A stretch of DNA of 64,000 nt from Callorhinchus milii (Eukaryota): NCBI RefSeq assembly GCF_018977255.1, contig NW_024704742.1:100318001-100382000 (forward strand), read 5' to 3'. Every line of letters starts with the position of its first letter. Position 1 is the stretch's first letter. Shown one piece after another: positions 26,611-37,775 of the stretch. Position numbers and translations under genes: made by a program. The notes below the pieces were generated by a model. That model made no database searches. It was not told the origin of the DNA and was given only the letters and a program-made list of their open reading frames with translations.

Positions 26611-27037
26611 TGTCAGCTTTGCTCAATGATAGTACTCTTGCCTCTGAGTCAGAAGGTTGTGGGTTCAAATCTCATGTCGCGACTCAAACTCAGATTGTGT
26701 AAGTTGACACTCTAAGGCAGCACTGGGGGTTGTTGCACTATTGGAGGTGCCACCCTTTGTATGGGACTGAGGTCCCATCTACCTGTTCAGATGGATGTTA
26801 AAGATCCCAGGGCATTATTCAAAAAGAAAGGGGAGTTCTAACAGTGTCCTGGCCAACAATTCCCCCAAATAAAATTGGTCACTCAATCCATGGCTGTTTG
26901 TGGGACATTGCTGTGCGCAATTGTGTTGCCATGTTTGCCTTTGGTCACTCCATTTCACAGAAAATCTTGTGAAGCGCTTTGAGACGTCATTCTGACATGA
27001 TAAGGCTCTATACCAAATGCAAGGATTGTTATTATTA
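26611..27037 (+). mobile_element. Old Deu-domain SINE nested in an L2 3' fragment
   Basis: Head gctcaatgatagtactcttgcctctgagtcagaaggttgtgggttcaaatctc, core and tail; minus-strand L2 sequence on both sides (26458-26601, 27042-27140); aaataa on both flanks. Confidence 0.8.
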
Positions 27038-27287
27038 AATAAAGAGGGGGCGATGCAAAGGGATTGAGGCATGGAGTAGTGACTGAAGGCACGGCCACTG
27101 ATGGTGGTGTGGAGGGGTAGGGGTAGGGGAGGAGCAAAGAGGAGTGAAATTGCTTGAAAACCTCTCCTGCACATTTTGGGAGTCTTGCAGGACGATATTC
27201 CATATGTGCTAAACCTTTCACAGCATGGATGAAGAAAGCAATTCATGCTAGTTGGAGTGGTTTTAAACGTCCCTTGGGTTTAGGCTC

Positions 27288-27460
27288 AAGACTGTTTTCT
27301 TAAAACTGAAGATTGTGTCAATTTTGGAAAAATTCTTACATTCAATCTAAATTTGGAAGCTGGATCCTCTCATTTATTCTTTAAAGGAAAGCTTCAAATT
27401 TAAAATTGAATTGGAGAATTTTCCAAAAACTTAAATTTGAAGAGATAATGGTTTTAACTC
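27288..27460. repeat. Fold-back (palindromic) repeat, copy A
   Basis: ttttggaaaaattct/agaattttccaaaa and taaatttggaagc/gcttcaaattta arms; similar to the 34937 and 58400 copies. Confidence 0.6.
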
Positions 27461-28227
27461 TAAGACGCGAGTGATTTTGGACCTGTGCAGTGTACAGTCT
27501 ATGACTCCAGCAGCAGTGAACAGTGTATAAGTAGTCATTCTGTTTCAATCCAGCTGCTACTGTCTGCTAATGTGTGACATTGCGAAGACTGAAACCAACT
27601 GAAATTATATGTAAATACACTGTTCACAAGATCACAAGAGACGGTACTTAATGCAAACGTTTTTCTTCGGTATATTTTCCCACAGAGCTACATCTGGCAA
27701 TTTTAAAAAAAATCAGATAGGAGTACAAACTACCAGTGTGTGATTTCATATTTTTCTTTTTAACAAAGGTTGCTTAGTGAGTCACTTTCAAATAATATTT
27801 ATTTTTCAAAAAAATTGAGTGAGTCCAATTCATTTTCTCCCGGCTGTCATATGCCTCTCTGGTCCTGGTCTGGCCTGCTTTTGTTGTGGTGGGGATCCAT
27901 GGGTATGGGTTGCCCTCTGGTATCCCACATAAATGATCATTATCATTTTAGACTTAATTCCAAGCACATTGACCTCCAGCACTTCCACTCTTTCACGAAC
28001 AAAGCTGTCCCCATCCACGACAAACACATTGACAACCTGGGCCTCACTGAAACCTGACTCACCCCCACGACACCTTCCCACTCACTGTGGCTGCCACGGT
28101 TACATGTTCCATCAAACCCCTATCCCGTCCCATTCACTGTGGTAGTACTGTACTTCTCCTCATTTCCAAATCCCTCTTGATCTACAGATTAACTCTCCAA
28201 CCCACATCCATGGCCATTCTCTTGATT

Positions 28228-29125
28228 ACAACAACAAACAACAACTTACACTTATATAGCAACCTCCACGCAGGATAGTGTCTCAGAGTGCTCAACAATG
28301 GTGGAACCTGACTCTGAACCGGTGGAAGGGGGTGGTGGTGGGGCATGCGGTGGAGGTGGCCATAAGCATGGTTGAAGAGGAAGATTTTCAGACGGGACTT
28401 GAAAAAGGGGAGAAAGAGGGCAAGGCAGAAGGAATGAGGAAGAGCGTTCTAAAGTTTCGGGGTGTAGTGGCTGAAAGCCCGACTTCCAATGGTGGATTCG
28501 AAGGATTTGAGAGACGAGCAGGAGGCTGGTTCCAGTCGAGCAGAGGCGCCGGGTCATGGATTGGGGAGTGAGGAGGTCGGAGAGGTAGGGAGGTGCCAGA
28601 GAGTGAAGGGATTTGAACCTAAGTGTGAGAATCTTGACATTGATCCGTTCACTGATGGGGAGCCTGTGGAGCCTAGCCAGAACTGGTGAAATGTGGCTGT
28701 GGAGTTTGCCCAGGTAAGTATACGGGCAGCAGAGTTCTGAATGAGCTGAATCCTTTGAATGGAGGAATTGGGGAGACTGGCGAGGAGTGTGTTTGAGTAA
28801 TCCAAGCGGGAGATGCCAAATGCATGCGCAAGGTTTTTTGGCTGTATTTGGGTAAGGTACGGTTGGAGGCAGGCAATGTGGTGTAGGTGGAAGAAGGCGG
28901 TCCTGGTCAGGGACGGGATGTGGGGGAGGAAGGACAGCTGGGGATTGAACCAGATGCCTAGATTGCGCACTGGTTCAGTGAATCTGAGGGAGAGCCCAGG
29001 GAGGTTGAAGAGTCTAGATTTGCAGGAGTGAAGACGTTGATGGGACCCAAGGAGTATGGCTTCTGTCTTGGCCACATTCAGCTGTAGGAAGTTTGCATTC
29101 ATCCATGCCAGACAAGCTGATAGAA
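28228..29125 (-). mobile_element. L2 LINE 3' ~900 bp (second tail type)
   Basis: WMNANFLQLNVAKTEAILLG...VRNLGIWF...SRLDYSN; tail gagacactatcctgcgtggagg..ctatataagtg(ttg)n; embedded in older plus-strand L2 remains (27900-28225, 29130-29720). Confidence 0.88.
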
Positions 29126-29720
29126 CATTGGCGGACCTGGAGTTGTCAAAGTTTACCATCTCCGAGCTCTCCAGCTCCATCAGTCATCTCAGACCATTTC
29201 TTCATCTCCTTTACCTCCCATATTCTTTTCCCTTCTGCCAAGCCCTCCACCATTTCCTTCAGCCCTTGGAGAAAAATACTCCCTCATTTTCTCACTAATA
29301 CCCTTGAGTCCTTACCTCAACCCATCTATTGATCTACTCGATGAATTCCTCACCTCCACCCTTTGCCCCTTTCAAATTCGAGTCCACTTCCTAACCCTTC
29401 AAATCTGCCTGCTACAACAGCCATCTCTGCTCTCTAAACTCTAAGCATCAAAGCATACATGACGCAAATTTGGCTTCATGGTCCATTGACATATCATTCC
29501 TCTAACACTGGGGATCATCCTCATCACTCTTCTCTACACACCAAATGTGAAGAGGTCATGAATTTCCTGATGTCCAAAATTGACAATATCTGTTCAGCTG
29601 TCTTTGCTTTCTCTCCCCTTTAATTCTCCACCTCTTTGCCCTTCCCCTTATCTCCACGACCCCACTTTTCACATTTTTTACTTTGTCTCTTCCTAATCTT
29701 TCTCTTGTCTCCAACATGAA

Positions 29721-30920
29721 AACAACAACAAAATTACATTTGTATAGCGCCTTTCACGTCGGGAGGACATCCCAAGGCGCTGGACAGACAGAGCTATGGA
29801 CCTGAGCTGGGGGTCGGGGTGGGGGAGGGTGAGGGCAGGGGGGAAGCAGGGAGATTGAAGGCACAGTTGAAGAGGAGGGCCTTGAGGTGGATCTTGAAGG
29901 TGGCGAGGGAGGGGGCGAGATGGAGGGACTGTGGGATGGAGTTCCAGAGGGTGGGTGCAGAGTGACGGAAGGCCCGCCTGCTGATAGTGGGGCGAGCAAG
30001 GCGGGGACGTGAAGCAGGCCGGAACCCACTGAGTGGAGGGAGTGAACAGGGTGGTAGGTGGTTAGGAGGTCGGAGAGGTAGGGGGGAGCAAGACTGTGGA
30101 GGGCTTTGAAGATGATGACCAGGATCTTGAACTCTATCCTCTGTGTGATGGGAAGCCAGTGGAGTTGGGCAAGGATGGGGGTAATAGGGTCGCGAAGCCT
30201 AGTGCGGGAGAGGACGCGGGCTGCAAAGTTCTGGATGATCTACAGCCTGTGGAGGGAGGAGTTGGGGAGGCCGACAAGCAATGAGTTTGCATAGTCGAGC
30301 CTCGATATAATGAAAGCGTGTATGAGGGTTTCGGCGGCCTGTGGTGTGAGACAGTGTCGGAGCCGGGCAACGTTGCAGAGGTGGGGGAAGGCAGAGCGGG
30401 TCATGGCGCAGATGTGGGGTAGAAAGGATAGTTGAGGGTCAAACAAGACCTCAAGGTTCCGGACTGGCTTAGCAAGGTGGAATGTGCAACCATAGTTGTG
30501 ATTCTGTCAGCGCCTGAGGTGAGGAGGTGCTGACGAGAGCCAATCAGGAGGGTTGAGGTCTTGTTGACATTCAACTGAAGAAAGTTAGCTCTCATCCAGG
30601 ACTTGATGTCTGACAGATATTCTGTCAGGACAGCAGTGGTCCTGGAGTCAAGGGTGGAGGCAGAGTTGGGTGTCCTCCGCATACATGTGGAAGTTGACCC
30701 CATGTCTGTGGATGATGTCACCAAGAGGGAGCATAAACATATTGAAGAGGAAAGGACCAAGGACAGAGCCCTGAGGAACACTGCACGAGATGGTGCGGGG
30801 CCTAGAGGAGAAACCGTTTGAGGAGATGAAGTGCAGGCGGTGTGAGAGGTACGATCTGAACCAATCAAGGACAGCGCCGTAGAGGTTGAGGTGAAAGGAG
30901 AGGTGGTGGATGAGGGTGGC
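29721..30920 (-). mobile_element. L2 LINE, 5'-truncated within RT, frameshifted
   Basis: PQGSVLGP, HMYAEDTQL, IKSWMRANFLQLN, FDPQLSFLPHI, SRLDYANSLL; stem-loop and (TTG)n tail. Confidence 0.92.
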
Positions 30921-31027
30921 CGACGGGGCAGGTTGGAGTAAAATCGGAAATGTGCAGAGCCATATCAGTGAGAGAGATTGTTGAGAAAGAAGGATTGGTC
31001 AATAGTGTTGAAAGCAACATCGAGAAT

Positions 31028-31112
31028 CCCAAGGTCTCACCCTACCGGGAATCAAACTCAGGTCTCTCGCTTGTGAAGCGAGTGCTCTAACCACTGAGCT
31101 ACAGGAGTCCAC
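31028..31112 (-). mobile_element. SINE head-only fragment
   Basis: Reverse complement of the first ~85 nt of the tRNA(Ala) SINE. Confidence 0.8.
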
Positions 31113-31639
31113 AAAACCACTCTTGACCCCATTTCTACCCAGTTCCTGTCCACCCAGCTTCTTGGCCTACTACTGTCTGATACCATCAACATTTGCCTTT
31201 CCTCCAACAGATCACCACCACCTTTGAAAACTATTGTCATTACCCACTTTTTCATAATACCCTCCCGAATTCTCTTTACCTCCCCATTTCCAACCTGGTT
31301 TTCCTCTCTTAGGTGCAGGAAAACATTGTTGCTCCAATTCACTCCTTCCACTTCCACCATTCTCTATATGAGTCTTTTCAATCTGGCTTACACCCCATCC
31401 TTGCTGACAAGACAATCCTGATCAAAGTCATCAATGATATTCTCTCTGGCTATGACCACGGCTCTCTGTGCTCCTTGTCCTTCTCGATGTTGCTTTCAAC
31501 ACCATTGACCAATCCTTCCTTCTCAACAATTTCTTCTCACTGGCATGGCTCTGCATTTTTCCAATTTTACTCCAACCTGTCACCATCTTAACTATGTCTT
31601 ATCTAATGGCTTCTCCTCCCATCCCCACATAATCACAGT

Positions 31640-32620
31640 GTTAAGAGGAATGAGCTACGAGCAACGATCAGACAAGTTAGAGCTCTTCATCCTTGAAAAG
31701 ATGGGATCTGATAGAGCAGCGCTGTACAAACCAGGATCCACTGGCCGCCACATGTAGCCATTTTGCTTTTCAGATGTGGCCAGTTCCACATTGATTAATC
31801 AATGTGCGTTTCAATAGAATAAGAAATAGAATATAGACAGCAAAATCAATTGCATCGTGTGATCCAACCTACATGTTTTGTGTAGTGCAGCTTTATTGTC
31901 ATATATCATGTATTGTGTCACATCAGCAGCATGTACTCGCTGATCCATGCTTGTTCCTGATTGGCTGGAAGCATCTATAAAGACATAACAGTTTCTTTTC
32001 TTCATGCGTCCGTTATTGTCGTTTCAGTTTATACTGTGACATAAACATATAGTACAGTGTTACCATTTCAGTTGGTTGATGGAAGTAAAAGTTTGTTCCC
32101 GAAAATTTATTGCTGCGTCAAAAAACCTACTGCTGCTAATTAGCAATGCTAAAGAGCATATTGCATAAAAAAAGTGCAAAACAGGATATAGGTATACATA
32201 TACGATGGTCTGTGTATATTGTATCTATGCCAAGTCCTTTTTTATTATAGTGATCATTTCTGTGACCTGTGACTGCTTGTCAATTTGGGTTCGAAAGCAC
32301 TGATATAGAGCTGTATGATATTTTAAATGAAATTGAAAAAGCAAAACTCTGAATAATCTTTTAGACCCATCAAGGCAGCAGAACAAGAGAACAAAGTTTC
32401 AGGATTGCAAAGTGGAATTTCAGGACAGACACTAGAAAGTGTTTCTTTACCCAGCAGGCGATTAACGTCTAGAACAGGTTACTAGGAAGGGTGATTAAAG
32501 GCCAGAACATTGGACTTATATAAAAAAAAGCTCGACCTGGTAATGGTACGATTGTAAGGAGGGTACTGTGAAAGGATAAGATCCAATGGGCCGAAGGACC
32601 TTCTTCATCTGAATCTCTCT
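31640..32620 (+). mobile_element. Old CR1 3' fragment interrupted by a hAT element
   Basis: LRGMSYEQR..KLELFILEK..GDLIE | insertion | ..RKCFFTQQAINV..; CR1 3' UTR (aatgggccgaaggaccttc). Confidence 0.75.
31717..32302. mobile_element. Non-autonomous hAT (Charlie/MER3-like) DNA transposon
   Basis: CAGCGCTGTACAAACC ... GGGTTCGAAAGCACTG degenerate TIRs; 8-bp flanks tgatagag/atatagag; subterminal gccacatgtagcc/atgtggcc motifs. Confidence 0.75.
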
Positions 32621-34936
32621 TGTGAACGTCTGAAGTCCTGGATGTATCTTAACTTTCTCCAACTCAAAGATGATAAAACTGAGGTTATCCTGCTTGACTT
32701 GCTTCAGTTCCTCCGCAGACGCTGATAGCATCAACCTCCCCGGTTGATCTTTCCAACTCAACTGGAGCCTGTACTGAGCATTTGTTCAACCCTTAACTCT
32801 CCTTTAAACCTTTCAGCCAGGCTCTAATCAAATCCACTTTCCTCGATCTCTGTAACATTGTTCACTTCTGCCACTAGCACAACCGAAGCCCTCAGCCTAC
32901 TTTGTAACTGTGCTTTCGGGCACCTCTCCCCCACCACCCACCCACCCACCCACCCAAGGGACTCCCCGAAAGCCACACACACAGAAAACATCAGCACATT
33001 TAAATCCAGTGCTAGGGCTATAAATTTCACGAACTGACCTGGAGCTGAGTGTAAACAGTCTGAGAGTCTGCTGGAGCACAGACTCAGACTGTTCACTCCT
33101 GGCAGCTGCCCTGCTTCATGGCATGTCCTCTATCAGCTGACAAATCACAGCACTGTCAAAAATCTCTGTACAGAGGAGTATTGGCTGGGACTTCAGTGCT
33201 GGGCTGGAACACATGCATCTTTGCAAAACCTGTCATTGGTTCATTTTATCTTTGTTATTATATATGGATACATACACACAGCTAACGTTAAAACAACTTG
33301 TATCACGTTTAATGGTTGTGCTTTGCGAATTCCAAAAGCAACTTTATAAAAACATGTGTCCCATAAAAAACTAACTCTGTCTCCAGGACATTGTTTTGAT
33401 TCTCTGAGCTGAAAACATACTAATATCTAAATTAGGAGCACTGTGTTTATCTCTGAATAATAATGTCAATGCTAGTAAAAGCAGGAAAGAACACCAAAGT
33501 GCAAGAGTTGGCTACAACAGACAGTTATCTATCATTGTAATTGAGAGAATACAGCCAACAGAAACTGATAAACTAATAAAAATAACAGAAAAAAAAATCT
33601 TGCTGTTTTAATGTAAGTCGTCTTCCTTTTGTTGTTCATTCTTTTTAAGCACACACTGTTTAGTGCTTCACAAACAAGTGGTCAGATCATGTCTTGTATA
33701 GTACAGCTTTTCTTTTTTGTTGAGATGGTGAAAAATTATTACTGGAACAAGGCAGAGTGCAAGACAAGTTGTTCAAGATTTTGAGATCGCCGTTTATTTT
33801 TTATTCTTTTTAAAGCAATGATTGCTCAGGACCTGTTTAAGTGCAGTACTTTTTTTTCAATCCCGTCAATATTTTAAGGGACCATAAGAACAGGAGGAGG
33901 CCATTCAGCCGGTCGACCCTATCTTGTCGTATTATTATGACAATTATTTTTAATACACCACCGTTTCTCCAACTTTGCACAATGTCCCTTATTTACTGCC
34001 CAAGAGAGTTGAACTAAAGCAAACTGTGAATTGATTCCCTTTGTGTAGATTGAAGATGTTCTTAATAAAAGTATATCCTATGAAGCAATTTGAGACTTTG
34101 ATGATGTGATAAGGTGCTATATCAAATACAAGGACGATTATTATTATTATTATTAAATATGCTTTTTAAATAACTACAGAAAACTGGAGGTGTCGTTCAC
34201 ATCTTCAGTGTCAAATACACACTGTTGATTGCTCCATACAACTTTTATTATCTAATTGAGAACAACAATAACCACTATAATATTTATATGGTGCCTTTCA
34301 CGCAGGATAGTGTCTCAGACAATGGACACAGAGAGAGGCAAAGAAGAGAGGTGACCATGTCGAGGTGAAAGAGGTTAGTCTTAAAGAGGGATTTAAAGAG
34401 GGACAAGGTGGAGAGATAGAAGCAGGGAGTAGACAGAATTTCCCCTATTAAAAAATTCTCTCACTCTTTTCTGTCGCCTGGACATCCCTCTCTGTATCCC
34501 CCCTACTTGAACTATATCTGTTTTCTCTGTTCAAAAACCTTTGAGTCATAGAAAGTTATAAAAACAACTCTGTCACATTATGCATTAGAACCAAGCCAGC
34601 TTCTTGCCATTATTTCTTTTTAATATTATGCATGTGTCTGTTTTTTAATGGTTGTTTACTGTAATAGGTGATCATTGACAGTTAATGTGTCTGATCCCAC
34701 CAATCTGCTTTGGTTTCGAAGGTAAACTAGAGAAAAGCCATCTCCCTACATTTGAGTGCAAAAAAGCCTCTGCAGAACAAATAGAAGATATACCTCTGAT
34801 AAACAGATCAGAACCGTATTATTATGGATTAACATAGGCCCCAAGATTAAAAGGAATATTGACATGAATCATTTGATTCTCAAATGCTTTTACACTAGAC
34901 ACTGGAGACCTGAAATTCTATTTTCTCTTTGCCTTT

Positions 34937-35096
34937 AAGACTATTTTTTCTAAAATTAAAGATTATGCAGAATTGTGGGAAACTTTTAAATTCAGCTTTA
35001 ATTTGGAAGATGTGGTTCTTTTTTTAAAAAAGTACAGAAAACAGGCTTCCAAATTAAAACCAAGTATAATTTATTTTTCCATAATCTTTTAATCTT
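34937..35096. repeat. Fold-back repeat, copy B
   Basis: TTTAATTTGGAAG (34997-35009) pairs perfectly with CTTCCAAATTAAA (35046-35058); outer attaaagattatg/cataatcttttaat. Confidence 0.7.
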
Positions 35097-35950
35097 ATAT
35101 ATCAAGAAGAATGACCTGACGGAGGAGACTAGATGGCCTTGTATGTTTTGTTTCAAGAGTGTGTACAAATTCTTGACTGCACCAATACATGATCTTAGAA
35201 ACTAGTAAGATAAGATGTTTAAGGTAACTATATTTACTCTCCTAGGCAATGACTGAGCATGTACAATTCAATGTTTAGTTTTCAAAAAACAACTTGTCAA
35301 AGAGAGCTTTGTAGCTAACGTATACAAATCCAGCTCAACATCCACAAAGCTGAACATAATTCAGAGCAAATGGCTTGATTTATTTGTTGTAGTTATTTGA
35401 TAAGTACAACATACCTCAGACTCTTACAAAACCACTTTAAGATGATTGTAAACTTTAGGATGGTAAAAGATAACCTATATAGTAGTACTTTTACCTCACT
35501 TGATTTTGCTGTCGCTGTTTGATTGTTCATCTTCATCAAAGCAGCCCTGCCCAGTTGTACACACTTTCACTCCATTGTGATTAACACTTTAAACAGTTGG
35601 AGGTCTGGCAATAGTAGTGTGCTTGAGGAATATGATGTTTACAGCCTTGAACAAGCCTCGGAAATCCTTTATTTTCCAAACGTTCATTTGGCAAATGACT
35701 CCTTTTTTTTACCCCTGTTTTCAGCCACTGCTGGTTTGTAGCATTGGTAAATTGCACTTTTAGCCAATGTTATCTCCCCGTTATTACAGGCAGCAGCAAC
35801 AGCAAAAGGATAATGGAAGGAACAGAGCCAGGATAGCTCCAAGATGCATGAGTTTACATTGTGGAGTCCCAAATGGTATAATATTTACACGAGGGGGTGC
35901 AATCCAGTAACTCTGGGTAGATGCAGTTGTGGTGTATCTGTCTTATCAGG

Positions 35951-36030
35951 TATATGTGTTATATAATTATATTCAATTGGATTGTCCTTATATATGTGTT
36001 ATATAATTATATTCAATTGGATTGTCCTTA
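35951..36030. repeat. Perfect 40-bp tandem duplication
   Basis: tatatgtgttatataattatattcaattggattgtcctta x2. Confidence 0.95.
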
Positions 36031-36803
36031 TACACCTTGAATTTGAGTGGATCATTGTCATTATCAAAATAAAAGATGTTGAATCTTTCTGTGTGGCGAG
36101 GTGGAAAAGTTCAGTGGCCTTGGGTTGGGTTGTCTGGTGAGAATTCACACTTTTGAGTGTTTGCTGGGCTGTAACAGAGAGAGGCAGATGGCCTGATAGA
36201 GGAGACTAGTTGGCATTTCAGGCCTTGTATGTTTCATTTCCAGAGTTTATACAAGTTCTTGACTGCACCAATACATGATCAATACAATACATAAAACAGA
36301 CAAATCTGGGTTAGACAGCAAAATTCTTCTAGGTCAGGGAGTGAGGATGTGATTAAGAAAAAGGACTAGGAAGAAAGAGTTGTAAGCTCAATAGAGATGG
36401 AAGAGTGGGTGTAATAATGATAATATTAATGACTAAAATCCAGTGACTGTGTATTTTTAAGTAGTAGTAGGGAGATAGAGAGACTGCATGGGACTAATGA
36501 TTAGATAATATAGTGGGTGTCTAAAACGCAGTGATTTAAAAAAAATCTAACATAATCAAAAGTACAGCCGCTTAATCTACAGATATCCTGCAGGTCTCCG
36601 TGACCTGTGTTTGGGTAGTGCAGCATTGTAAACCCATTTCTTGCTGAAGCCACTTGGTTTCAATTGGCATTCTCGGTGCAATTTGCTTTAACAATACAAA
36701 ATGGAAATAAGTTTTGTAATATTGATTCAGTGTTATTTTTGCAATGAATTGGCAGAAGAAATACAGTATATTATAAAGAGGGCTGGGCTGTTGCAAGGAA
36801 TTG

Positions 36804-37199
36804 ATAATAATAATAATAACCTTGCATCTGATAAAATGCCTTATCACTTTTTTGGGACGTCTCAAAGCGCTTCACAGAATATACTGTAACGTGAATTGAC
36901 TGTATATTTTGTGGGCGAAACAGGGTGGCCAATTGCGCACAGCAGTGTCCCACAAATAGTCGTGGATTGAGTGAACAATTTATTATTATTAATTTTTTTG
37001 AGAAGAATTATTACCCCAGGAAAAGCGATCCGCCAATGACTAACAACTCGCTTCCTATTCGTCGGATTCCTACTTACTGCTAGGCAAACAGTAGCGTATG
37101 TAGCAAGGAAACTTGACCAATGTTTTACCCTGTCAGGAATCGATCCTAGGTCTCTCACTTGCAAGGTGAGTACTCTAACCACTGAGCTACAGGACTCCA
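36804..37199 (-). mobile_element. tRNA(Ala)-derived SINE, long variant
   Basis: Same head and tail as 5017-5340 plus an extra internal segment (~37010-37100). Confidence 0.9.
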
Positions 37200-37394
37200 T
37201 AACAAGATGGGACAAAACTTTTATGCAGGCAAGAGTTGGATTCACATCAATTCTAGAGGAGTTCCTATGGTGTAGCAAATCAAGTGACAATTTAAATTGG
37301 CTTTCCAAGGGTTGGGAGGGAAAACCAACAAGGGTTCCTGCTCTTGCTCCCTTTACAATGTGGAGAACATTTTTAACAAATGGACATTCACTGT

Positions 37395-37775
37395 ATATGT
37401 ATCAATTGGTAGCACTCTCGCCTCTGGGTCAGAACTTTGTGAGTTTTGACCCAGAGGCGAGTTCAAGTACCGTGTATGGGACATTGAACTCATAGTCTCG
37501 GCTGGCAATCAGCCCAGCATTAGGGTATGACACATCAAACTGAGGACGAGTCTGTATTCGGGTGGACATTACAGAACACAACATTATTCAAAAATAAAAG
37601 ACAGCTTCCTCCGGTGTCCTGCCCAACAATCCTCCAGATAAAACTGGTCATTTACCTGCTGGTTGTTTATAGGACATTGTTGTGTGCAAATTGCTGTTGC
37701 ATTCACCTACAAACACACAGTCACTACACTTCTGTATAATGCTTTTCAATGTGATATTATGCTACATCAAATGCG
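37395..37775 (+). mobile_element. Old Deu-domain SINE
   Basis: ggtagcactctcgcctctgggtcaga head; ggtgtcctgcccaacaat and ggacattgttgtgtgcaaattg core. Confidence 0.7.
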
